The notes under the pieces were generated by a model. That model had not been told where the DNA came from, did not search any database, and saw nothing but the letters and a program-made list of their open reading frames with translations. A stretch of 62,161 nucleotides of DNA, counting the filler. It is 6 parts of 6 records of this genome, joined end to end, with 100 filler letters (N's around TTAATTAATTAA, not from the genome) between each part and the next. Parts side by side here need not be neighbours in the genome. Positions count along the whole stretch, not along the records: positions 1 to 24,825 come from DRR723986_18167; 5 more parts are not named here. The stretch is one strand, 5' to 3'. The position numbers and the translations under genes are program-made. How positions within the stretch are numbered: position 1 is the stretch's first letter; each line of letters starts with the position of its first letter. Below, in pieces: positions 1 to 9,680 of this stretch.

Positions 1-139
1 GGTCTCACTTAAGACTTCGGTATAAGTTTACTATTTTTTTTTAATCGCAAGAGTTAGTTTGAAATAAAACTATCTTTTTATTCACAAAGTTGAAATAAGT
101 ATTTAAAATACGATTTACTTAGTTTAAAATAACTAAGTA

Positions 140-706
140 TCACAAATACAACTTCTTATCCCGGATATAATCTGCCACTCCATCAGGAAGAAGGTACTTG
201 ACAGAATTTCCAGCAAGAATAGATTTGCGGATAAAGGTGGCTGAGATATCTAAAAGTGGTGCGTCGATCAGCTTGATATTCGGATGCTCAAAGGAGATCG
301 CGTCGCCTGGTCGTGGATAGACGAAGATCTCATAGTTGTCCAGAATGGTCTGGTAATTCTTCCAGCGCTTCAGCTGAGTCAGATTATCCGAACCTAAAAA
401 TAAGCAAAACTGATGTTGCGGGTATTGGTCAGTCAGGTAAGCAAGGGTGTCTATAGTATAGCTTGGCTTGGGCATGGAGAACTCCACATCTGAAGCCCGA
501 AACTGATAATTGTCCTCGATCGCCAGCTCCACCATTCGCAGTCTATCAAACTCATGAATCAAAGACTGACGTTTTTTGAGAGGATTCTGAGGACTCACCA
601 CAAACCAAACCTGATCTAGATCGGTGCGGTCATGAAGCGTATCTGCGATGATCAGATGACCAATATGTATGGGATTGAAAGAACCGAAGTATAGACCGAT
701 TTTCAA
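140..706 (-). CDS. nadD: nicotinate-nucleotide adenylyltransferase
   Basis: GLYFGSFNPIHIGH (HxGH), PSYTIDTL, GSDNL and ISATFIR motifs. Confidence 0.95.
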   Translation of the reverse strand: MKIGLYFGSFNPIHIGHLIIADTLHDRTDLDQVWFVVSPQNPLKKRQSLIHEFDRLRMVELAIEDNYQFRASDVEFSMPKPSYTIDTLAYLTDQYPQHQFCLFLGSDNLTQLKRWKNYQTILDNYEIFVYPRPGDAISFEHPNIKLIDAPLLDISATFIRKSILAGNSVKYLLPDGVADYIRDKKLYL

Positions 707-710
707 GATT

Positions 711-1283
711 TTATCTAGCTAAAAATTCGCTGACCAAATACTCAGCTTCTGCAGACGACTTTGAGAATTCGTCATTTACTACAGTGACATCAAACTGGGG
801 TTCAAACTTGGATTCGAATTCCGCTTTGAATAAGCGGCGGGAAAGTGATTCTTCGGATTCCGTTCCTCTATCACTGAGTCGGGTTTTGAGCACTTCCAAG
901 CTAGGTACTTTCACAAAAATCGCCAACGCCTGCTCTCCGAAATATTTTTTCAAGGCTAATCCACCTTTCACATCCACATCGAAAATAACTGCTTTACCTG
1001 AATCCCAGATGCGTTGGATCTCTTCTTTCAGTGTACCGTAGAAGTTACCGGCATAGACTTCTTCCCATTCTATAAATGCGTCTTCGTCTATTTTCTTGAT
1101 GAATTCCTCCTGAGAGAGGAAGTAGTAATCTTTGCCATGAACCTCATGTCTTCCCCGCTTGTCGCGTGTACAGGCGGAAATAGAAAATCCCAAATTTGGG
1201 ATATTTTGGATCAAATGCTTGACTAACGAAGTTTTGCCTGATCCAGATGGGGCAGAAAAAATAATGGCCTTTCCTTGGGTCAT
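711..1283 (-). CDS. gmk: guanylate kinase
   Basis: P-loop SAPSGSGKTS; EVHGKDYYF, EWEEVY and FDVDVKG motifs. Confidence 0.96.
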   Translation of the reverse strand: MTQGKAIIFSAPSGSGKTSLVKHLIQNIPNLGFSISACTRDKRGRHEVHGKDYYFLSQEEFIKKIDEDAFIEWEEVYAGNFYGTLKEEIQRIWDSGKAVIFDVDVKGGLALKKYFGEQALAIFVKVPSLEVLKTRLSDRGTESEESLSRRLFKAEFESKFEPQFDVTVVNDEFSKSSAEAEYLVSEFLAR

Positions 1284-1285
1284 GA

Positions 1286-1558
1286 CTATTTAATATCCTG
1301 AATCTCTTTGCGAATACGATCCGCAAGTTCAGTAGGTACAGCGTGTTTAGTGCATTTTGTCTTCAATACATCGCGGATAGCCTGTTCCAGGTGGTAATGT
1401 TCAAAACACGGTTGGCATTTGGCCAGCTTTTCCTTCAAGACTTCCTTGCCAGAATCTTGCAGCTCACCGTCCAAAATACTTTCTAGCAGTTCGAAGCATT
1501 TGCTCTCGTCACTGCATTGCATCTTTCGCTCTCCAGATGGGTTGTCATTCATTTCCAT
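1286..1558 (-). CDS. zinc-binding anti-sigma factor (ZAS/RsrA-like)
   Basis: Small Cys-rich protein (CxxC 'CQPC', 'LDGEL', C-terminal 'PTELADRI') directly downstream of an ECF sigma. Confidence 0.8.
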   Translation of the reverse strand: MEMNDNPSGERKMQCSDESKCFELLESILDGELQDSGKEVLKEKLAKCQPCFEHYHLEQAIRDVLKTKCTKHAVPTELADRIRKEIQDIK

Positions 1559-1572
1559 GGGTAATTTTTTAA

Positions 1573-2166
1573 TTATTCCTCCTCGTCCGTATTATATCCC
1601 ATATTATGGGCATATCCTTGAAGCTTCTCTTTCAATAGATTTCTTGCGCGGTGCAGTCTGGATCTCACTGTCCCAATAGGGATATCCAGAATCTTGGCCA
1701 TCTCTTCGTAGGTAAAACCTTCCAAATCACACAGGATAATTACCGTACGAAAATCTACCGCCAAACTATTCAATGCATTAGAGATCTCATCACCAAGCAT
1801 ATCTTTGACAGATTCTGCCCTGAGATCACTAGTACTTTGGTAGTGAACGTCATCCGAGTTGTAATAAGTTTCAACTTCCTGATAATCTACCTTCGTGGGC
1901 TGCTTTGATTTTTTCCGGTACTCATTAATAAAGCTGTTTTTCAGGATTCTGAAAAGCCAGGCTTTGGCATTCGTACCTTGCTCAAATGAGTTGATAAACC
2001 GATAGGCTTTCAGGTAAGTATCCTGCACAAGATCTTTGGCATCATCTTCATCGAAGGTGAGCCTGTAGCCAAAATTGTACATGGAGTCTATGTGTGGCAT
2101 AAACTCACCATCGAAGATGGCATTTTTCTCTTCCTGAGAATATTTTCTGCGCTGAACTTCCGACAT
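1573..2166 (-). CDS. ECF RNA polymerase sigma factor (SigR/SigH/RpoE-like)
   Basis: Region 2 DAKDLVQDTYLKAY..KAWLFRI and region 4 YEEMAKILDIPIGTVRSRLHRAR. ATG at 2166 preferred over the ORF-track start at 2193. Confidence 0.92.
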   Translation of the reverse strand: MSEVQRRKYSQEEKNAIFDGEFMPHIDSMYNFGYRLTFDEDDAKDLVQDTYLKAYRFINSFEQGTNAKAWLFRILKNSFINEYRKKSKQPTKVDYQEVETYYNSDDVHYQSTSDLRAESVKDMLGDEISNALNSLAVDFRTVIILCDLEGFTYEEMAKILDIPIGTVRSRLHRARNLLKEKLQGYAHNMGYNTDEEE

Positions 2167-2289
2167 AAGCTCCAAAAGTAACAATTGGGTCAATTTATAA
2201 CTAGAAAATGAGAATAAATCGAACGCATTCGTTTTAAAAAGCGTTCACAAATCTTCTAAATACACGCACTAACTTTAGTCTTAGCCGAG

Positions 2290-3129
2290 ATGTTTATACT
2301 TAGACTCCTCTCCAGATTGCCTTTATCGGTACTATATATTTTTTCAGACATCCTGTACTTAATAGCTCGATATGTAATTGCCTACCGCAAAAAAGTCATC
2401 GACGAAAACCTTCTTTATGCATTTCCTGAAAAAACTCCTGCTGAAAGGAAGTTGATCCGAAACAAGTTCTACAGAAATTTTACCGATGCTTTTTTTGCTG
2501 AGACATTCAAGATGCTGACGATTTCCGAAAAAGAGCTTAGGAAAAGATTTCAAGTAGTTAATCAGCACTTGGTGGATGAACCAGTAAAAAATGGTAAAAG
2601 CTCCCTCATGATGGCAGGCCATGTCTTTAATTGGGAGATGGCAATTCTAGGAGTTGCATTAAATACCGAAGTGACTGCTGAAACAGTATATTTAAAGCTT
2701 AACAACCCCTTCTTCAACAAACTAATGTTGGCGATCAGGACTCATTTCGGAGGTATCATGACCGAGAAAACGGCCTTCAGGCGCAGCATGATTACCATGA
2801 GAAACACCCCAAGAATTGTCCATCTCGCTGCCGATCAGCGACCTCCCGTGTCGGACAGTCGCTATACTAAGAAATTCATGAATCGAAATGCATTGTTTTT
2901 TGAAGGTGGAGAAGTACTTGCAAAAAAAATGAATCTACCGGTATTCTATGGTCAAATGACCAAAATAAAGCGAGGTCATTACCGTTTCGAATTCTCAGAA
3001 CTTGCAAAACCGTCCTATGATGATCATGCCCCACATAGCATAACAGATGAGTTTAGCAGAAGACTTCAAGAAAACATCGTCTTGCAACCAGACCTATATC
3101 TGTGGAGTCATAAGCGCTGGAAATTGTAA
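2290..3129 (+). CDS. lipid A lauroyl/lysophospholipid acyltransferase (LpxL/HtrB family), copy 1
   Basis: GHVFNWE catalytic motif, ADQRP, C-terminal PDLYLWSHKRWK. Confidence 0.88.
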   Translation: MFILRLLSRLPLSVLYIFSDILYLIARYVIAYRKKVIDENLLYAFPEKTPAERKLIRNKFYRNFTDAFFAETFKMLTISEKELRKRFQVVNQHLVDEPVKNGKSSLMMAGHVFNWEMAILGVALNTEVTAETVYLKLNNPFFNKLMLAIRTHFGGIMTEKTAFRRSMITMRNTPRIVHLAADQRPPVSDSRYTKKFMNRNALFFEGGEVLAKKMNLPVFYGQMTKIKRGHYRFEFSELAKPSYDDHAPHSITDEFSRRLQENIVLQPDLYLWSHKRWKL

Positions 3130-3261
3130 TGGTCAGCAAAGTTTCATTATGAAGAACTGAAGGCAGATGGATTACTTATGCTGACAAAGTTTTAGAAGAA
3201 GAAATCGGTTGATTTCCTTTTCTTTGTAAAGAACTCATCAGCTTGATATCCCTAAACCCAA

Positions 3262-4101
3262 ATGACCTTTGTAATAAGGCTAATTTCTTTCTTACCTCTT
3301 TCCTTTCTATACCTCATCTCTGATTTACTTTATTTGGTAGCAAGATTTATTCTTCGTTACAGAAAGCAAGTAATTGATGAAAATTTGAAATTTGCTTTTG
3401 CGGAAAAGTCAGAAAAAGAGCGGATTAAAATCAGAAATCGATTTTACCGTAATTTCACCGATTCCTTGGCAGAGACTATCAAACTGCTGACAATCTCTGA
3501 ACGAGAGTTTGAAAAAAGATTTCAGATGGTCAATACACATTACCTAGATGAAGTGGTCAATTCCGGCACATCTGCCTTACTGGTTTCAGGTCACTTATTT
3601 AACTGGGAAATGGGCGTAATTGGTATCAACCAGGCCGTTCAGGCACCCGTTGAAACAGTTTACCTGAAAGTCAATAATCGGTTCTTTGGTAACCTCATCA
3701 ATACTATTCGGACACATTTTGGCGGAATAGTTACAGAAAAAAAGGCTTTTCGGAGGACCATGCTTACCTTAGCAAAATCACCAAGAATAGTATTACTTGG
3801 TTCGGATCAGCGTCCGCCGAGTTCGGAAAAAAGATACAAAAGGAACTTCTTACATAGACCTGCTGTCTTTTTTGAGGGCGCAGAGTTTCTCGCAAAGAAA
3901 ATGAACCTCCACGTCGTCTATGGTAAAATGACCAAAATCAAAAGGGGGCATTATCGCTACGAAATGATCAAATTAGCTGAGCCACCATTTGATAAGACCT
4001 ACGAACACAGGATCACCGATCAGTTCTGTGACATGTTGGAAGAAAACATTAGACTTCAGCCGGATCTTTATCTCTGGAGTCACAAGCGATGGAAAATTTA
4101 A
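3262..4101 (+). CDS. lipid A lauroyl/lysophospholipid acyltransferase (LpxL/HtrB family), copy 2
   Basis: GHLFNWE, SDQRP, PDLYLWSHKRWK; same length (279 aa) as the upstream paralog. Confidence 0.88.
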   Translation: MTFVIRLISFLPLSFLYLISDLLYLVARFILRYRKQVIDENLKFAFAEKSEKERIKIRNRFYRNFTDSLAETIKLLTISEREFEKRFQMVNTHYLDEVVNSGTSALLVSGHLFNWEMGVIGINQAVQAPVETVYLKVNNRFFGNLINTIRTHFGGIVTEKKAFRRTMLTLAKSPRIVLLGSDQRPPSSEKRYKRNFLHRPAVFFEGAEFLAKKMNLHVVYGKMTKIKRGHYRYEMIKLAEPPFDKTYEHRITDQFCDMLEENIRLQPDLYLWSHKRWKI

Positions 4102-4122
4102 TTTCTGAATTGCAAGGACTTT

Positions 4123-4211
4123 TCCGCCGTGGCGGATTGAAAAATTGAAAGATTGGAAAATTCCCAAACACTAACTTTAATCTCAAATCTTGATACTAGC
4201 TACTTGATACT
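4123..4211. repeat. intergenic palindrome plus degenerate 8-mer and 7-mer tandem repeats
   Basis: TCCGCC-GT-GGCGGA (4123-4136); CGGATTGA AAAATTGA AAGATTGG AAAATTCC (4133-4164); TTAATCT CAAATCT TGATACT AGCTACT TGATACT (4177-4211). Confidence 0.55.
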
Positions 4212-4252
4212 CACTTATGATTCTTGTATCTAGTTTCTTGCTTCAAAACAAA

Positions 4253-6523
4253 ATGGATTACCTCGATAGTTTAAACCCAGAGCAACGACTCGCTGTAGAG
4301 CATACGGATGGACCCGTTATGATCATCGCAGGTGCTGGTTCGGGCAAAACCCGTGTACTTACTTACCGAATCGCCCACCTGATATTTGCCAAAGGAGTAG
4401 ATGCCTTCAATATTTTGTCATTGACCTTTACCAATAAGGCAGCGGCTGAGATGCGCCATCGAATTGAGACAGTTGCAGGACTGGAAGCTAGAAATACATG
4501 GATGGGAACATTTCACTCCGTATTTGCAAAGATTCTTCGTGTGGAAGCTCCAAAAATCGGCTACCCTTCCAACTTCACGATTTACGATTCAGACGACTCC
4601 AAGTCACTGATCCGTACGATTGTGAAAGAAATGCGTCTTGACGACAAAGTTTATAAAGCAAACGCAGTACTCTCTCGAATTTCGGGAGCCAAAAACCGCC
4701 TGATCACTTGGAAAGTATATCAGGATGATCCCTTTGTGAAAGCAGACGATGAAGCTGCCATGAAACCGAAAATGGGAGAAATCTACCAGCGGTATCAGGA
4801 TAGGCTTTTCAAAGCCGGAGCGATGGATTTTGATGATTTGCTTTTCAATACAAACATCCTTTTCCGTGATCATCTGGATGTATTGAATAAATATCAGCAA
4901 CGCTTTAGGTATGTCATGGTGGATGAGTTTCAGGATACAAACCTTTCCCAATATCTCATCACTAAAAAGCTGGCGGCTGTCCACCAAAACATCTGTGTGG
5001 TAGGTGATGATGCACAAAGTATCTATGCTTTCCGTGGAGCGGATATCCAGAACATCCTCAATTTTGAGAAAGATTATCCTGATCTATTTGTGGTAAAACT
5101 GGAGCAAAACTACCGATCTACCAAAATGATCGTAGATGCTGCGAACTCTATCATTGAGAAAAATAAAGCCCAGCTGAAGAAGAACGTCTGGACTTCAAAC
5201 GGTGACGGAGATCAAATTGAATTAGTCAAGGCTAGTACCGACAGTGAGGAAGGGAGAATTGTCGCCTCCACGATTTTTGAAGAGCGAAATACCAAAAAAC
5301 TCAACAACAGTGATTTCGCGATCCTCTATAGAACCAACTCCCAATCCCGAGCTATAGAGGAAGCCCTTCGCAAATTGAACCTGACGTATAAAATCGTAGG
5401 TGGACTTTCTTTCTACCAAAGAAAGGAAATTAAGGATCTGATGGCCTACATGAGATTCACAGTGAACCCCGTGGATGAAGAAGCTTTCAAAAGGATTGTA
5501 AATTATCCAAAGCGCGGAATTGGAGATACATCGGTGGACAAGATTCTAGTCGCAGCATTTGATCACGATATGCAGCTTTGGGAAGTAGTGCAAAATGCAC
5601 ACAGCTTCATCGGAGGCAGAGCCGCCAGTCAGCTGGATGACTTTGCAACGATGATTAAAGCTTTCAAGATCGAAGTAGAACGCAAGGATGCTTTCGAAGC
5701 AGCAAGTAGCATAGCAAAGCAAAGTGGCCTGCTGCGTGAGCTCTATGAAGACAAAACCATAGAAGGTCTGAACCGCTATGAAAACGTCCAGGAATTGCTC
5801 AATGCCATCAAAGAATATGTGGACAATGAAGAGAATGAGGACAAGAGCCTTGGTGCTTTCCTTCAGGAAATCGCTTTACTGACGGATAATGACCGTGACA
5901 AAGACACCACTGACGCAATCACATTGATGACAATTCACTCTTCAAAAGGATTGGAATTTAAGCAGGTTTTCGTGGTAGGAATGGAGGAGGATTTGTTCCC
6001 TTCACAGATGATGATGCAAAGCCGCGAAGATCTCGAAGAGGAACGAAGGTTGTTCTATGTGGCCACGACCAGGGCGATGGACAAATTATATTTCACCTAT
6101 GCGCTCACGCGGTATCGCTACGGCAGGTTGCTGAATTGTGAACCAAGCAGATTCTTAGAAGAAGTATCCCCTGATTGCATAAAGGTTAGTAAAAAGGTAT
6201 CTTCGAAAGAAATGCCAGGCGCATTCCGAAAAGAGGGATTACCAGGGGCATCGGAGTCTTCCTCAGGTTATATAGGAATCAAGAAGAAGCCAGAAACCAG
6301 AATGCCTACGGCAATGAAACTGCACACACCAAGTCCTGATTTCAAGCCTTCCAACACGAACAATCTTCAGGCTGAGCAATTGGTAGAACATCCAAAGTTT
6401 GGCTTTGGAAAAGTTCAAAAGATTGAAACAGAAGGAATTAACCGAAAAGCAACGATTCAATTCGAGCATTTTGGCGAGAAAACATTATTACTTAGCTTTG
6501 CGAAGCTCAGAATTATAGACTAA
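4253..6523 (+). CDS. ATP-dependent DNA helicase UvrD/PcrA
   Basis: AGAGSGKT, TFTNKAA, VDEFQDTN, LEQNYRS, TIHSSKGLEF, EERRLFYVA, C-terminal Tudor-like HPKFGFG. ATG at 4253 (MDYLDSLN). Confidence 0.95.
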   Translation: MDYLDSLNPEQRLAVEHTDGPVMIIAGAGSGKTRVLTYRIAHLIFAKGVDAFNILSLTFTNKAAAEMRHRIETVAGLEARNTWMGTFHSVFAKILRVEAPKIGYPSNFTIYDSDDSKSLIRTIVKEMRLDDKVYKANAVLSRISGAKNRLITWKVYQDDPFVKADDEAAMKPKMGEIYQRYQDRLFKAGAMDFDDLLFNTNILFRDHLDVLNKYQQRFRYVMVDEFQDTNLSQYLITKKLAAVHQNICVVGDDAQSIYAFRGADIQNILNFEKDYPDLFVVKLEQNYRSTKMIVDAANSIIEKNKAQLKKNVWTSNGDGDQIELVKASTDSEEGRIVASTIFEERNTKKLNNSDFAILYRTNSQSRAIEEALRKLNLTYKIVGGLSFYQRKEIKDLMAYMRFTVNPVDEEAFKRIVNYPKRGIGDTSVDKILVAAFDHDMQLWEVVQNAHSFIGGRAASQLDDFATMIKAFKIEVERKDAFEAASSIAKQSGLLRELYEDKTIEGLNRYENVQELLNAIKEYVDNEENEDKSLGAFLQEIALLTDNDRDKDTTDAITLMTIHSSKGLEFKQVFVVGMEEDLFPSQMMMQSREDLEEERRLFYVATTRAMDKLYFTYALTRYRYGRLLNCEPSRFLEEVSPDCIKVSKKVSSKEMPGAFRKEGLPGASESSSGYIGIKKKPETRMPTAMKLHTPSPDFKPSNTNNLQAEQLVEHPKFGFGKVQKIETEGINRKATIQFEHFGEKTLLLSFAKLRIID

Positions 6524-6588
6524 TCACCTGCTCCCCTGCCTTTTGGTAATTTTTTCATTACCTTAATTAGCGCAAAACGGGATGCAAC

Positions 6589-7257
6589 ATGGAGCCACTA
6601 GAACTTGACAAACAAAAACTAATTTTGAAAGAATACGGCAAAAATATTCAACGCCTCGTTGATCATATCACGGCGATTGAAGATCGTGATAAGCGTACCC
6701 AAAGCGCATATACAGCAATTGAAATCATCAAGCAATTGAACCCATCTTTGAAGCAGGAAAATGACCAGAAGCTTTGGGACGACTTGTACATCATGTCTGA
6801 TTTCAAACTGGAAGTCGATGCTCCTTTCCCTATGCCGGAAAAGGAATTATTGGGGAAAAAACCATTACCAATAGGCTATCCAAAAGGGGAGGTAAGGTTT
6901 AAACACTACGGACGAAACATCGAGAAACTCATCGAAGGCGCAATCAAACTCGAAGATGATGAGGAGCAGGAAGCTGCTGTTATTTTCATCGGCCAATTGA
7001 TGAGAAGCTTTCACTCTACTTGGAACAGGGAAAATTTTGACGATGCTATAATCTTGGATGACATTAAGACGTTATCCAAAGGTAAATTGCACATCGACCT
7101 TGAGAAGGTACGAGAAAACGGTTTGTTTGAGTCCAACACACATAGGGACTTCAAGCCACCTCGTCAGGAAGAGCGCTCAAACAATAAAAACAAGCGATCT
7201 AATCATAATAATAAGCGTCGCTCAAATAACGGACACAACAAAAAACGTAGAAATTAA
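6589..7257 (+). CDS. DUF4290 domain protein
   Basis: EYGKNIQ..KLWDDL..HYGRNI pattern with a basic N/K/R-rich tail; typical Bacteroidota gene upstream of murA, overlapping the murA start. Confidence 0.8.
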   Translation: MEPLELDKQKLILKEYGKNIQRLVDHITAIEDRDKRTQSAYTAIEIIKQLNPSLKQENDQKLWDDLYIMSDFKLEVDAPFPMPEKELLGKKPLPIGYPKGEVRFKHYGRNIEKLIEGAIKLEDDEEQEAAVIFIGQLMRSFHSTWNRENFDDAIILDDIKTLSKGKLHIDLEKVRENGLFESNTHRDFKPPRQEERSNNKNKRSNHNNKRRSNNGHNKKRRN

Positions 7258-8561
7258 TGGGGTCATTTCGGGTCAATGGTGGAATTAAACTCAAAGGAGA
7301 AATAATTCCTCAGGGAGCAAAAAACGAAGCACTTCAAATTCTTTGCGCAGTTCTCCTCACACCGGAGAAAGTTACTATTGAAAAAATCCCAAATATCGTA
7401 GATGTCAATAAGCTCATTGATTTACTGAGCGATATGGGCGTGAAGGTAACCAAAGAAGGCGCAGAAACTTATACTTTTCAAGCTAACGAAGTCAACCTTG
7501 ACTTCATGGAAACAGAAGAATACCTCAAAAAAGCATCTGCTTTGAGGGGCTCAGTAATGCTATTGGGACCTTTGCTGGCTCGATTCGGGACTGGAAAACT
7601 ATCCAAGCCAGGGGGAGACAAAATCGGTCGAAGAAGAATGGACACGCACTTCACAGGTTTCCAAAAGCTTGGGGCAAAATTCAACTACGACGCCAAAAAC
7701 GAGATTTTCCACATAGATGGAAAAAAACTAAAAGGCTGCTACATGCTTCTGGACGAAGCATCGGTAACCGGTACAGCCAATATCGTGATGGCTGCCGCTA
7801 TGGCTGAAGGTACTACTACAATTTATAACGCAGCTTGCGAGCCATATTTGCAACAGCTTTGTGACATGCTAAATCGCATGGGGGCAAAAATTTCTGGTGT
7901 TGGATCTAACCTTCTTACTATTGAAGGAGTGAAAAAACTGGGAGGCACCACGCATAAGATGCTTCCTGATATGATCGAAATTGGATCTTTCATTGGTCTA
8001 GCCGCCATGACTCAATCTGAGATTACGATCAAAGACTGCCAAATCCCTAGACTTGGAATCATTCCGGAGACTTTCCGTAGAATGGGAATCCAATTGGAAT
8101 TCCGCGGAGACGATATTTTCGTTCCTGCTCAGAAGCATTATGAGATTGAGACGTTCATTGACGGATCTATCCTAACAGTTGCAGATGCTATCTGGCCCGG
8201 ATTCACTCCGGATTTGTTGAGTATAGTTTTGGTTACAGCTACTCAGGCAAAAGGCACTGTACTTGTACATCAGAAGATGTTTGAATCTCGCTTATTCTTT
8301 GTGGATAAATTGATCGACATGGGTGCGCAGATCATACTTTGTGATCCACATAGAGCCACTGTAATTGGTCTCGACAGAAAAACTGAACTTCGCGGTATCA
8401 GAATGACTTCGCCAGATATCCGAGCGGGCGTGGCATTGCTTATTGCTGCTCTTTCTGCAAATGGGACATCCATCATTGATAACATCGAGCAGATTGACAG
8501 AGGGTATCAAAATATCGATGACAGATTAAGAGCTCTAGGAGCAGATATCGAAAGAATCTAA
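7257..8561 (+). CDS. murA: UDP-N-acetylglucosamine 1-carboxyvinyltransferase (Asp-type active-site loop)
   Basis: GAKNEAL, PGGDKIGRR, SVTGTAN, WPGFTPD, DIRAG and IDRGY motifs. Confidence 0.96.
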   Translation: MGSFRVNGGIKLKGEIIPQGAKNEALQILCAVLLTPEKVTIEKIPNIVDVNKLIDLLSDMGVKVTKEGAETYTFQANEVNLDFMETEEYLKKASALRGSVMLLGPLLARFGTGKLSKPGGDKIGRRRMDTHFTGFQKLGAKFNYDAKNEIFHIDGKKLKGCYMLLDEASVTGTANIVMAAAMAEGTTTIYNAACEPYLQQLCDMLNRMGAKISGVGSNLLTIEGVKKLGGTTHKMLPDMIEIGSFIGLAAMTQSEITIKDCQIPRLGIIPETFRRMGIQLEFRGDDIFVPAQKHYEIETFIDGSILTVADAIWPGFTPDLLSIVLVTATQAKGTVLVHQKMFESRLFFVDKLIDMGAQIILCDPHRATVIGLDRKTELRGIRMTSPDIRAGVALLIAALSANGTSIIDNIEQIDRGYQNIDDRLRALGADIERI

Positions 8562-8567
8562 TACATA

Positions 8568-8600
8568 CCATCCGACTTCATAGTCGGATGGATTTTTTAT
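8568..8600 (+). terminator. intrinsic terminator after murA
   Basis: CCATCCGACT-TCAT-AGTCGGATGG followed by ATTTTTTAT. Confidence 0.8.
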
Positions 8601-8623
8601 ACTAAACTTAGTTTTTTTAAGCC

Positions 8624-9601
8624 TTGCTACAAGAAGTTATCGTCAACAGAAATCCTCCCCTTAATCTTCGTACTGAAGATGAAAAACTTTTTTCGGGAGC
8701 TTATACGGCAAGTTTTAAGGTTTATCCCCTTCTAACTCTTGAAAAAGTCGCGTTACTTCAAGACACCTTTTTTTCACCTTCTAAAATACGATTTTACCAT
8801 ACGCACACCCATGTGAATTCCTTAGGGATTCTACCACTTGGAAAACGTGTTGTTAACTGCGCGTTTAAAAAGTGGCGTAAAATACCTCATGGAATTTGGA
8901 TCATCGATGAATGGAGCGCAAACTATTTTCATTGGATGACAGATTGCCTTCCGAGATTATGGCTAGGGTTAGAAGCCAAAATTTCTAATCAAGTAATCTT
9001 ACCAGAATCTTTCAAAAAATTGGGTTTCGTTACTCAAAGCTTAGAATTACTTAAAATAAGCCCAATTTATTATTCAGCTGACGAGAACGTTTGGGTAGAA
9101 AAATTAGTACTTACTCCTAGAACCTCCACCTTTCCAAATTTCAATGAGAAACTCACCAAATTAACTCAGGAAAGGTTAAGGATTCAGGCAGTAGATAAGC
9201 CTTCTAGAAAAATTTATATCAGTAGAAAACTTGCCCCAAAGCGAAAAGTCTACAATGAAGATGAAGTGATTCAATTGTTGCTGAGCCACGGTTTTGAAAT
9301 TATCTATGCGGAAAACTTGAGCCTTTTGGGTCAAATTTCATTATTGTCCGAAACAAAACTTCTCGTATCACTTCATGGAGCAGCTTTGACCAATATGCTT
9401 TTCATGCCAGAGCATAGTAGCGTTGTTGAGCTTAGAAATCAAGGAGACGATACTACTCAGTGTTATTTTAATTTAGCAAATGCCTTAAGGCTAAGGTATT
9501 ATTACACCCTAAATCAAGGTGATTCAGAAGATACTATTATGACTAATTTCAAAATAGATCTTATTGCTTTACAAGAAGTTATTTCTCAGATGCCAGATTA
9601 A
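8624..9601 (+). CDS. glycosyltransferase family 61 (DUF563) protein
   Basis: NYFHWMTDCLPRL, KIYISRK..RKVYNEDEV, SLHGAALTNMLF; TTG start is uncertain. Confidence 0.82.
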   Translation: MLQEVIVNRNPPLNLRTEDEKLFSGAYTASFKVYPLLTLEKVALLQDTFFSPSKIRFYHTHTHVNSLGILPLGKRVVNCAFKKWRKIPHGIWIIDEWSANYFHWMTDCLPRLWLGLEAKISNQVILPESFKKLGFVTQSLELLKISPIYYSADENVWVEKLVLTPRTSTFPNFNEKLTKLTQERLRIQAVDKPSRKIYISRKLAPKRKVYNEDEVIQLLLSHGFEIIYAENLSLLGQISLLSETKLLVSLHGAALTNMLFMPEHSSVVELRNQGDDTTQCYFNLANALRLRYYYTLNQGDSEDTIMTNFKIDLIALQEVISQMPD

Positions 9602-9680
9602 TTACCTTACAATCTTCTTTCATTTCTTTCCTTTGCAAAATTTTTGGTAAATTCTGGCTCGAAAAGCCAAAACAACCTAT

